Below are positions 1 to 7,766 of a DNA stretch of 64,000 bases, one piece after another. This DNA comes from an uncultured Bacillales bacterium. Lineage in GTDB: Bacteria; Bacillota_I; Bacilli_A; RFN20; CAG-288. The stretch is taken from positions 12,148 to 76,147 of the forward strand of contig CAJMBK010000002.1 of NCBI GenBank assembly GCA_905211645.1. Direction: 5' to 3'. A model generated the notes under the pieces. The model ran no database searches, was not told where the DNA came from, and saw only the letters and a program-made list of their open reading frames with translations. Each line of letters opens with the position of its first letter. The stretch's first letter is position 1. Both the position numbers and the translations under genes were made by a program.

Positions 1-275
1 TAGATCCCGATAGTCCTCTTAACAATGATTGGTATGAATATATCGAATACGGAACTAAGGATCCTCTAATAATTGAACTAGAAAAAATAGGGTTTACCAG
101 AGAAACCGCTTCTCATATCAAATCCAACAAGGATAAGTTATTAATCGTGGGTGAAGGCAATAGCCTAATTGATAATTTTTCGCTTAATTTGGCCGAATTT
201 GGAGCAAGCAAAAACGATGATTTAAAGAGAGAAACGAAGAAAATAAAAACCAATCTTCCAGAGCTTTTCAAATAA
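1..275 (+). CDS. 3' end of an unidentified protein (partial; start lies upstream of window)
   Basis: Frame opens at position 3 and runs uninterrupted to a TAA stop at 273-275 (…KRETKKIKTNLPELFK*). No family recognised. Confidence 0.35.
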   Translation, partial: DPDSPLNNDWYEYIEYGTKDPLIIELEKIGFTRETASHIKSNKDKLLIVGEGNSLIDNFSLNLAEFGASKNDDLKRETKKIKTNLPELFK

Positions 276-343
276 AATAGACCTGCCATTTAGACAGATC
301 TAATACTTATATGATTTCTAAAATATACCTTGCCCGGCAGCTT

Positions 344-901
344 TTACTTTTTCCAAAATGCAATTCGTTTTTTAGAATTTCTTTTATCCTCAGTGCGAAT
401 TAATTCAAAATTAGAACCTTCGTCATAACTATTTATCGCATATGTTGCTTCTTGAATTAATTCCTTTAACCTGCATGAATGCAAATATCTTTTTCTTAAC
501 TTTATTATTTCGTGAGCAAAACCTTTTTCTGAAGTACAATTTGATATCTTTTTTAAATCTAAAAAAGCCTCATTTAAAACGTTTAAGGAGTACACACATT
601 TCAAGTACTCGGAAAAGTCCTCTTGAGCTAGTTTGTGCCAGTCAATATTTGTATATTTGTTTTCATAAACTGCATCATCAACTAAATCTATCGGAATGAG
701 ATAATAACACACGGCATCGCCTTTCCATGGATACTCAAAAAAGTGCCTTTCGATAATTTTGTATTTGGTTTTGCACTCTTCACACTATATAAATGGTTTA
801 CCCGTTTTAATGCGATTCCAATCATCTGATATTATTTCTTGTATTAGGAAGCCTTTTTCGCAACGACACTTTTCTTTTCTACACTCTGAATCCCAACTCA
901 T
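344..901 (-). pseudogene. Cys-rich small protein (CX4CXC…CXXC N-terminus) interrupted by one in-frame TAG at 785-787; ORF-track ORF 344..712 is its downstream part
   Basis: Codon-by-codon reading of the minus strand from the ATG at 901-899 is in frame with ORF 344..712. It is open except for a single TAG (MSWDSECRKEKCRCEKGFLIQEIISDDWNRIKTGKPFI*CEECKTKYKIIERHFFEYPWKGDAV-CYYLIPID…). The ORF-track GTG start at 712 is therefore probably not a real start. Confidence 0.35.
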
Positions 902-920
902 GAAGTACTCCTTTATTCTT

Positions 921-1268
921 TTAATTGTTTTCTTCACTTATTAGTTTCATACGTTTATCTTGCAAGGTTTCATTATCACCATTTTTAATTAAATAAGAAT
1001 AAATCCTTATGCTTTTCCAACCGGTAACTTCACAACCCCACTGATTTAAAGTCATTTTTTTACCATTAAAATTAACAAACTTGGAGTCAATTAATGTTGC
1101 CTTTGAAGTTTCAGGGTGTCCTTTAATATAAAGTTCATCGCCAATGTTTACTATCCCGCATCTTATCAACTCGTCCATTTTTGGCAAATCATCATCATCT
1201 TTGTTTGGAACATTAAATTTGATTTTTGATATATCTACATTTTGAAAAGGCATAATATGGTCGAACAA
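921..1268 (-). CDS. hypothetical protein (115 aa), Trp/Gly-containing C-terminal motif TLNQWGCEVTGWKSIRIY
   Basis: ORF track. Lies 20 bp upstream of the TAG-interrupted ORF on the same strand. No confident family assignment. Confidence 0.4.
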   Translation of the reverse strand: MFDHIMPFQNVDISKIKFNVPNKDDDDLPKMDELIRCGIVNIGDELYIKGHPETSKATLIDSKFVNFNGKKMTLNQWGCEVTGWKSIRIYSYLIKNGDNETLQDKRMKLISEENN

Positions 1269-1462
1269 AACACTAGCAATATTTTGATTCCTGTCACTAA
1301 TATTTTTATACCTCTAGCCTAAAGTCAGTTATTTTATCAATATAGTCTATATTTTGCGTTAAATTTGGTAGTCAAAATGAACAAAAATTAATACTTTTAA
1401 CAACCAAAAATATATGTCGTAAATTTCTAAATTTAAAATCATAGACACAATTTTAAAAAAGT

Positions 1463-1498
1463 AAAAAACCATCTTACAATCACTAAGTGTAAGATGGT
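1463..1498 (-). terminator. rho-independent terminator downstream of potD
   Basis: Inverted repeat ACCATCTTACA / TGTAAGATGGT. It is followed on the minus strand by a T-run, immediately after the potD stop. Confidence 0.6.
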
Positions 1499-1513
1499 TA
1501 GTATAAATAGTTA

Positions 1514-2833
1514 TTAAGCGATGGAACTAATAATGTCGAGATACAAGTCTTCAACTTTTTGCTTGTACTCTGGGTCATATCGATATAATTTATCTACTTG
1601 ACCTTCTGGTTCAGCAAAGAGTCGATAGGCTGGGACATTATTGTACATACCTGGAATGTGATTTTCATGCTCTGCAAGTTCATCGATATCATGATGAGTG
1701 CAAGGAGTTTCTTCAGGTGTGTTAGAAATTTCTTCGTAGACATCGTTTCTTGTGGCGGTGTAGCCAATATAAACGGTGTTGAGATAAGTTGCATCATGGC
1801 TGGACATGAAGTCAACAAACTTGAAGGCTAAGTCCTTAGCAGGGCTATTTTTCATGACAACCATGGTGTCTGTGTAAATGTTAGTTCTAACGTTATTATT
1901 TTCACCTTTTGCTTCAGGAACGTAGAAATCCCAGTTGGAATTGCCATCGTCATCCAAAGTGGCGTTAATACAGTAGATTGCGTCACCGGAGAAGGTGAAA
2001 GCAATGTCGTAGTAGCCATTTGGAACATCATCTAAGATTTCATCAGCTTTGATAGCGATATTATCACCTTTCTTTGTAAAAAGGTCGATAAGCCAGGATT
2101 CTGCATCATCCATAGCTTTTTGGCTCTCATATTGGAAATCGTGACCAGTGGCAAGCATTGCCATGGAAACGATGTCCTTACTTGAATCGTAGAGAACGAC
2201 TTGTCTATCGGAGCCATCATCGTTTTTAAGTCTCTTTAAGGCGTCGTAGCCATCTCTTTCGATCTCCTCTTTGGAAATCTTATCTTTGTTATAAAGAATA
2301 CCGATTTGACCGAAAGTGTAAGGAACGGCGTATTTAAGCATATCAAAGCCTTCCTTGAAGGCGGTGAATTTATGATCGGTTAAGGCTTGATCTGCAGCAA
2401 AGTCTTCTCTTGTACAGGAAACGTATTCACCATTAACTGTGGTACATGTACCTTCGTTTTTAAGCTTATCCAAAGCGTTTTTAAGAATTGGAACTAAGTT
2501 TTCTTCTTTGTAGTAGGTGAAATCGTAGGAAGAAAGTGGTTCAATCAAATCTTTAGCTGCCATCTCTTCGACTGCGTAGTCGGATGGGAAGATTACATCG
2601 TATCTGGTGCCACCTTCAAGCTTTTTAATCATTGTTTCGTTTGAGTCGAAAGTTAAGTATTTAACTCTGACATTGTAGGTATCTTCAAAAGCGTAGAGAG
2701 CATCGATATCGATGTATTCACCCCAGTTGAAGACGACTAAGTCGTAGGTGAAAAAGCAGGAGCTAAGCGAACTAACTGTAGGAGCAAGAAGTAAACTTGC
2801 GGCTAAAGTTTTAATTATCTTTTTGGATCTCAT
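1514..2833 (-). CDS. potD: spermidine/putrescine ABC transporter substrate-binding lipoprotein
   Basis: 439 aa with a lipoprotein signal (…LSSCFF) and PotD-like periplasmic-binding fold. Last gene of a potABCD-order operon. Confidence 0.8.
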   Translation of the reverse strand: MRSKKIIKTLAASLLLAPTVSSLSSCFFTYDLVVFNWGEYIDIDALYAFEDTYNVRVKYLTFDSNETMIKKLEGGTRYDVIFPSDYAVEEMAAKDLIEPLSSYDFTYYKEENLVPILKNALDKLKNEGTCTTVNGEYVSCTREDFAADQALTDHKFTAFKEGFDMLKYAVPYTFGQIGILYNKDKISKEEIERDGYDALKRLKNDDGSDRQVVLYDSSKDIVSMAMLATGHDFQYESQKAMDDAESWLIDLFTKKGDNIAIKADEILDDVPNGYYDIAFTFSGDAIYCINATLDDDGNSNWDFYVPEAKGENNNVRTNIYTDTMVVMKNSPAKDLAFKFVDFMSSHDATYLNTVYIGYTATRNDVYEEISNTPEETPCTHHDIDELAEHENHIPGMYNNVPAYRLFAEPEGQVDKLYRYDPEYKQKVEDLYLDIISSIA

Positions 2834-3854
2834 CTTCGTTTACGACCTCCGTATTCTCCTCTTCTATAGGTTCCGAAGTCGAAATTTCTGCGGCAAAGTC
2901 GATTAATGCATCGTTGCTTCTTGAAACTTCAATAGCTTCTTTAGAACCTTGAGGAATCAAGCGTTTTTCTGAGTTAGAGTTGATAAAGGAATGAGCTCCG
3001 TTAACATCTCTAACAAGTTTATTTGTTTTAGAACGTCTGTTTTGTAAAAGTTGACCGACAATTAAGACAAATGCGATGATGACAATGATGATTGTTGATA
3101 ATGCGTTGACGGAAGGATTTGTCTTTTTAAGTGAGTATAAGTAGTTGGAAATGTTCATGTTTGAACCACCAACGAAGTAGGAGATGACAAAGTCATCGAA
3201 TGACATTGTAAATGACATGAGAGCACCGGAAACAATACTAGGTAAAAGTTCTGGGATCATGACTTTACGGATGGATTTTGCTCTGGAGCAACCTAAGTCC
3301 ATACTTGCTTCGATTAAAAACTTGTCAACTTTAAGCATCTTAGGATAGACGGAAAGAACAACATATGGGGTACAGAATGAGATGTGAGCCAAAATCATTG
3401 TACCGGTGCCAAGAGGCATGTTGATACCTATGAAGAGAATCAATAAGCTGATTGCAGTAACAATTTCTGGGTTGACGATTGGGATGTTATTTAAAAACAT
3501 CAATGAATCTCTGAACCATTTGCTCTTCTTGGATAGAAGACCTAAGCCGATTGCAGCTAAGGTACCGATGACAACGGAACATGCAGTTGCAATTAAAGCA
3601 ACTTCGATTGTTGTCCATAAGGCATCCATGATAGCAGTGGTTCTAAAAAGTCTTTCAAACCATCTTAATGAGAAACCTTTGAAGTTGATGAGAGAGTTTG
3701 AAGAGTTGAATGAGAAAACAATCATCATGAGAAGTGGTAAGTAGGTTAAGATGATGATAATAGGAAGATAAATCTTATAAAAGAGTGGGGATTTCCATCT
3801 TCTTGAGTCGGAATTATTCTTCTTATTCAATCTATTATTAACAACTTTTGCCAT
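2811..3854 (-). CDS. potC: spermidine/putrescine ABC transporter permease, with unusual ~70-aa acidic C-terminal extension
   Basis: Multi-TM permease with the EAA-like motif region. Start overlaps the potB stop (TAATG). The C-terminal tail …SEPIEEENTEVVNEDEIQKDN is atypical. Confidence 0.8.
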   Translation of the reverse strand: MAKVVNNRLNKKNNSDSRRWKSPLFYKIYLPIIIILTYLPLLMMIVFSFNSSNSLINFKGFSLRWFERLFRTTAIMDALWTTIEVALIATACSVVIGTLAAIGLGLLSKKSKWFRDSLMFLNNIPIVNPEIVTAISLLILFIGINMPLGTGTMILAHISFCTPYVVLSVYPKMLKVDKFLIEASMDLGCSRAKSIRKVMIPELLPSIVSGALMSFTMSFDDFVISYFVGGSNMNISNYLYSLKKTNPSVNALSTIIIVIIAFVLIVGQLLQNRRSKTNKLVRDVNGAHSFINSNSEKRLIPQGSKEAIEVSRSNDALIDFAAEISTSEPIEEENTEVVNEDEIQKDN

Positions 3855-4771
3855 TAGTTAACTCCTTTCTCAAGTTTTGCTTTCTTACCTAAGTTGAACA
3901 TAGCCTTGAAACGACCTTTCTGTTTAACTTCGGAGAAATCCAAGAGTTTAACTAAGCAGATAACAAGTAAGATGATGACTGTCATGATTAAAGCCATGGC
4001 GCACATCTTGTTGGTGTTATTTGCTCTGATGTAGTAGGATTCGATTAAATTACCAATAAGTTGGTATCTTGGTTTACCATTACCCATGTATTTAGGAATG
4101 ACAATGGATGTAATTGCAGGTAAGAAAACCATGGTGATACCAGAAATAATACCAGGTGTGGAAATAGGTAAAGTAACCTTCATAAAAGTCTTGAAGGAGC
4201 TGCTACCTAAGTCTTTACTTGCTTCAAGTAAGGTTGAATCAAGTTTTAAAAGTTGGGTGTAGATTGGGATGATCATAAATGGTAAAGATGTGAAGACTTC
4301 ACCGATGATGACACCGATATCGGTACCAACAATTGGGATGTTAGTCCATTCAGTGAACATTTGAAGTAAAGATTTCAAACCGTAGATTCTTAAAAGCATG
4401 TTAACCCACATAGGTAATGTGATCAAGATAACGGAGATATTTCTAATCTTTGGAGAGGTTCTGGAGATGAAATAACTGATTGGATAACCGATGATTAAAC
4501 AGATAATTGTAGAAACAGTTGCAAAATAGATTGATAAACCTAATTTATTCCAGAATGATGGGTCGGAACAGAATGCAACGAAATTATCGAATGTTAAATA
4601 TAAGAAGCTGTCCTCGATGCTTGTCAATGAGTAGAAAATAACAAAGAAGAAAGGAAGGACAATCATGAATAAAAGCAAGATTAAGAATGGGATTGTTAAA
4701 AATGAGAAGATGTTGAGTTTAAGCTTAAATTTGATCTTTCTTCTGTTGATAGCTGATGTGTGGAATGCCAT
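3854..4771 (-). CDS. potB: spermidine/putrescine ABC transporter permease
   Basis: Permease with six TMs. I place the start at ATG 4771 (MAFHTSAINRR…). It sits 1 nt after the potA stop, with GGAGAAA 8 nt upstream. The ORF-track start at 4843 lies inside potA. Confidence 0.75.
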   Translation of the reverse strand: MAFHTSAINRRKIKFKLKLNIFSFLTIPFLILLLFMIVLPFFFVIFYSLTSIEDSFLYLTFDNFVAFCSDPSFWNKLGLSIYFATVSTIICLIIGYPISYFISRTSPKIRNISVILITLPMWVNMLLRIYGLKSLLQMFTEWTNIPIVGTDIGVIIGEVFTSLPFMIIPIYTQLLKLDSTLLEASKDLGSSSFKTFMKVTLPISTPGIISGITMVFLPAITSIVIPKYMGNGKPRYQLIGNLIESYYIRANNTNKMCAMALIMTVIILLVICLVKLLDFSEVKQKGRFKAMFNLGKKAKLEKGVN

Positions 4772-4772
4772 T

Positions 4773-6026
4773 TTATTGTTTCTCCATGACATGGATGTCT
4801 TCATCCATGAAGTCGATACCGATGTGGGAACCAACTTCAACATAATCTGTTGTATGAATTAAAACAATACTTGCATCTTCTTCATCGAGTTTGACTTCAA
4901 CTTCGTAGAAGACACCTTTGAAGAAGATTGAATCGACAATACCGGTCAATTTACCTTTTTCAGCTGGAACGATGTCGATGTCTTCAGGTCTGATGAGTAA
5001 GTCGACATTTGTATCAGGTTCAATATCGGTGGTATCGCAGCCAAAAACTTTGTTGTAGAGTTTGACGTGATTTGCATCGATTGTGTAACCATTGAGTAAG
5101 TTAGAATCACCAATGAAGTTGGAAACGTATCTGTTGATTGGGTCGTTGTAGATATCTTCAGCAGAGCCAACTTGTTCGATTTCACCATTTTTCATGACGA
5201 CGATCTTGTCTGACATGGTGAGGGCTTCTTCTTGGTCGTGGGTGACAAAGACGAAGGTGATTCCGATATTTCTTTGTAATTCTTTTAATTCGTATTGCAT
5301 CTCTTTTCTAAGCTTAAGATCCAAGGCGGAAAGTGACTCGTCTAAGAGAAGAACTTGAGGCTTGTTGACAATAGCTCTTGCGATAGCAACACGTTGTTTT
5401 TGACCGCCTGAAAGTTGATTGATATTTCTATCTTCCAAGCCGGCGAGGTTAACAAGTTGAATTGCACTCATTACCTTTTCATCGATTTCTTCTTTGGTGA
5501 AGATATTGCCCTTTTTCTTAAAAAGATAAAAGAAACGATACCAGAAACCGTCTGTAGATAAATAAGTGGGAACTTCTTTCTTTAATTTCTTTGGACGAAA
5601 TAGATTAGTAAATTTAATTTGGAAGTGGTTGAACCATTTAGCAAATGAGAATTTGCCAGTTGGCTTAGGTTTTAAACCTTTTTGGTTTTTTAAGCCGAAT
5701 GCGATGTTATCGTAAACATCTAAATGTGGGAATAATGCGTAGTTTTGGAAAACTGTGTTTGTTTGTCTCTTGTAAGGTGGTAAGTTTGTAACATCAACAC
5801 CGTTGAATAAGACAGTACCACTGGTTGGTTTTTCAAAACCTCCGATGATTCTCAATGTTGTAGTTTTGCCGCAACCTGATGGGCCGAGTAATGTGACAAA
5901 CTCGTTAGGATATATCTTTAAATCGATATCATGTAAAACGGTTGTCTCATCGAAAACTTTACACACGTTCTTTAACTCAATTAAAGGAACAGGATCTAAA
6001 TCTTTTTCCAATTTTTGTACCTCCAT
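4773..6026 (-). CDS. potA: spermidine/putrescine ABC transporter ATPase with ~60-aa insertion inside the ABC domain
   Basis: Walker A GPSGCGKTT, signature LSGGQKQR, Walker B LLLDESLSALD and a TOBE-like C-terminus. An extra segment (KPKPTGKFSFAKWFNHFQIKFTNLFRPKKLKKEVPTYLSTDGFWYRFFYLFKKKGNIFTKEE) lies between the Q-loop and the signature, as in Mollicutes PotA. Confidence 0.85.
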   Translation of the reverse strand: MEVQKLEKDLDPVPLIELKNVCKVFDETTVLHDIDLKIYPNEFVTLLGPSGCGKTTTLRIIGGFEKPTSGTVLFNGVDVTNLPPYKRQTNTVFQNYALFPHLDVYDNIAFGLKNQKGLKPKPTGKFSFAKWFNHFQIKFTNLFRPKKLKKEVPTYLSTDGFWYRFFYLFKKKGNIFTKEEIDEKVMSAIQLVNLAGLEDRNINQLSGGQKQRVAIARAIVNKPQVLLLDESLSALDLKLRKEMQYELKELQRNIGITFVFVTHDQEEALTMSDKIVVMKNGEIEQVGSAEDIYNDPINRYVSNFIGDSNLLNGYTIDANHVKLYNKVFGCDTTDIEPDTNVDLLIRPEDIDIVPAEKGKLTGIVDSIFFKGVFYEVEVKLDEEDASIVLIHTTDYVEVGSHIGIDFMDEDIHVMEKQ

Positions 6027-6199
6027 AAAATCGCCAAAAGTTTAAAGAAAAAATAGTTAAAAATCAATGAAATTTTTTAAAAATTATTTTGTAACAAAAA
6101 ATTTATTATATTTTTGAAAAGTTGTTTCATATTTAAAGCCTACCTTTTCATCGTTACTTTTGAACAGTTAAAAAGTTTCAAAAATTAGCGAAAAATTTA

Positions 6200-6250
6200 T
6201 TAAAAAAATTGAGAAAAAACGAGTGATTTTTTGCACTATTTTTCTCAATT
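6200..6250 (-). terminator. rho-independent terminator of the ATP-grasp gene
   Basis: 12-bp perfect inverted repeat AATTGAGAAAAA…TTTTTCTCAATT with a 20-nt loop. It is followed on the minus strand by TTTTTTT, just downstream of the stop at 6292. Confidence 0.55.
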
Positions 6251-6291
6251 ATTTTCGCTTGTGAAATTATGCGTGAAATTTGAAGAAATTT

Positions 6292-7185
6292 TTATCTATT
6301 TAATAGTGATAAAATATGGAGTAAAAGTTCTCTAGTTACGTTAATTTTTGTTACCGCTTCAACCCCTTCAAAGAAGGCGTTGGAATTAACTTCTAGAAGC
6401 TTATATTGGTCATCTGAATCTTTGATTAAGTCAACTCCGGAGTACTCCAAATTGAGAGCAGAAACAATCTTGACAACCATATCTTCGACTTCCTTAGGTA
6501 ATTTATATTTTTTACCCTTTCCACCTAAAGCGATGTTACTTCTAAAGTCATTATCATTATGTCTTTGCATGCAGCAAATAACACGTTTTCCAACGGTAAT
6601 TACACGGTAATCGGTGCCTTTTTCATAGGAGATGTATTCAGAGTAAAAATGAGGCTTTGTGATGAGTTTATCGTAATAAGAAGAGAGTTCTTCGTAGTTA
6701 TTTGCAAGATGGACTTGCATGCCTAAACTGCCAAATGATTCTTTAACAACGATTGGGAAGTTTAATTTTGAAGTAACCTTATTTAAAAACTTCTTTTTGA
6801 GATCTTCATCATTTTTATTTGAGTAATTTAATGGTGCAGGAACTATTAAAGGAGTTTTGATATCAAGAGAAACCAATTTTTGATATGTTTCCATCTTATC
6901 ATCGCAATCAAAAATAGATTGGAAGTTATTGATCATCAAAATCTTTCTATCGATTGCTTTAGATAAATATTTGTCCTTATCCAAGAAGATACAGAATTTG
7001 TAATCCTTATTATCGATGGTTGGAATATATTCTTTTCCATCTTTAAAATAGAAGTCTAAATCCAAATTAGTGTAGACATCAAAATGGATATCAAGTTTAT
7101 TACCTTCTTCAATTAATCGTTCAATTTTAGTTTTGGTACTTTTAGAATTTGAGTACTCGTTATAAACAATAAAAGCTTTAATCAT
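6292..7185 (-). CDS. ATP-grasp family ligase (RimK / alpha-L-glutamate-ligase-like)
   Basis: 297 aa with motifs VVKESFGSLGMQVHL, DYRVITVG…ALGG and LLEVNSNAFFEGVE, typical of the RimK/GshB ATP-grasp fold. Separately terminated from the downstream pot operon. Confidence 0.65.
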   Translation of the reverse strand: MIKAFIVYNEYSNSKSTKTKIERLIEEGNKLDIHFDVYTNLDLDFYFKDGKEYIPTIDNKDYKFCIFLDKDKYLSKAIDRKILMINNFQSIFDCDDKMETYQKLVSLDIKTPLIVPAPLNYSNKNDEDLKKKFLNKVTSKLNFPIVVKESFGSLGMQVHLANNYEELSSYYDKLITKPHFYSEYISYEKGTDYRVITVGKRVICCMQRHNDNDFRSNIALGGKGKKYKLPKEVEDMVVKIVSALNLEYSGVDLIKDSDDQYKLLEVNSNAFFEGVEAVTKINVTRELLLHILSLLNR

Positions 7186-7251
7186 ATTATTAAACCCTGC
7201 TAAATTATATTAAGTTTGAATAGTTATAAAAACTAAATTATTTTAGATAAT

Positions 7252-7340
7252 AAAAAAACACCTTACTTAGATGGTGTAAGGTGCCTAAGATTTATCGATT
7301 CGACGGAGGCGGTACGAATCATATTTTCTGGTTTTATTTT
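7252..7340. other. pair of hairpins, each with a flanking T-run (possible small RNA or insulating terminators)
   Basis: Two stem-loops: CACCTTAC-N9-GTAAGGTG (7259-7283) and GATTCG-N12-CGAATC (7297-7320). On the plus strand a T-rich run follows. On the minus strand TTTTTTT follows the first hairpin. No ORF is present. Confidence 0.3.
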
Positions 7341-7537
7341 AGTAATTTATGACGAAAAAATCTACTAAATATTTTACGTTTAAGCTTATAACGTAACACT
7401 TCTATCTTTAAATTTGCAGAGAAATTGCGAAGAATCTTAACTCTCAACATTCACACTTGTTCTCAAAGTTGTTTCTAAAATTAGGGAATTTTTGAATTAA
7501 ATTTAGTTCATCGTGACATAAAACTTTTCTACAGGGG

Positions 7538-7566
7538 TTTACATCCGTTTTGTAATTTGCTATCAT
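7538..7566 (+). promoter_or_regulatory. sigma-70-type promoter for tRNA-fMet
   Basis: -35 TTTACA (7538-7543) and -10 TATCAT (7561-7566) with a 17-bp spacer, about 17 nt upstream of the tRNA 5' end. Confidence 0.5.
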
Positions 7567-7582
7567 TAGTAGGCATTAACAT

Positions 7583-7655
7583 CGCGGAGTAGAGCAGATG
7601 GAAGCTCGTCAGGCTCATAACCTGGAGGCCGCTAGTTCGAGTCTAGCCTCCGCTA
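7583..7655 (+). tRNA. initiator tRNA-fMet (anticodon CAU)
   Basis: The cloverleaf folds by hand: acceptor CGCGGAG/CTCCGCT, D-stem GAGC/GCTC, anticodon loop CUCAUAA, T-arm GCTAG-TTCGAGT-CTAGC. Initiator features are an unpaired position 1:72 (C1:U72), A11:U24, and G30-C40 / G31-C39. CCA is not encoded. Confidence 0.85.
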
Positions 7656-7672
7656 TTTATTAGGAATTAACA

Positions 7673-7703
7673 AGAGTGGCAGTGAAATGTCACTCTTTTT
7701 TTA
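7673..7703 (+). terminator. rho-independent terminator after tRNA-fMet
   Basis: AGAGTGGCA-GTGAAA-TGTCACTCT stem followed by TTTTTTT. Confidence 0.7.
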
Positions 7704-7766
7704 TTACATAAAAAACGTTAATTTTTGTTTTGTAGTAAAATACAAAAAAGAAAGGAAATATTTATT

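Noticed and set aside
3406-3744. 112-aa plus-strand ORF inside potC, and similar antisense ORFs (1594..1831, 4665..4862, 5803..6045, 8087..8491, 21733..22041, 23409..23902, 32221..32553, 43278..43825, 61902..62315 and others)
   Set aside because: Each lies entirely within a well-supported gene on the opposite strand or in another frame. They have AT-rich-genome codon composition and no SD or motifs. Spurious.
7725-7766. Upstream extension (MFCSKIQKRKEIFI) of the 7767 membrane-protein gene
   Set aside because: The AAAGGAAA SD sits inside that extension, 8 nt before ATG 7767. The extension has no SD of its own.
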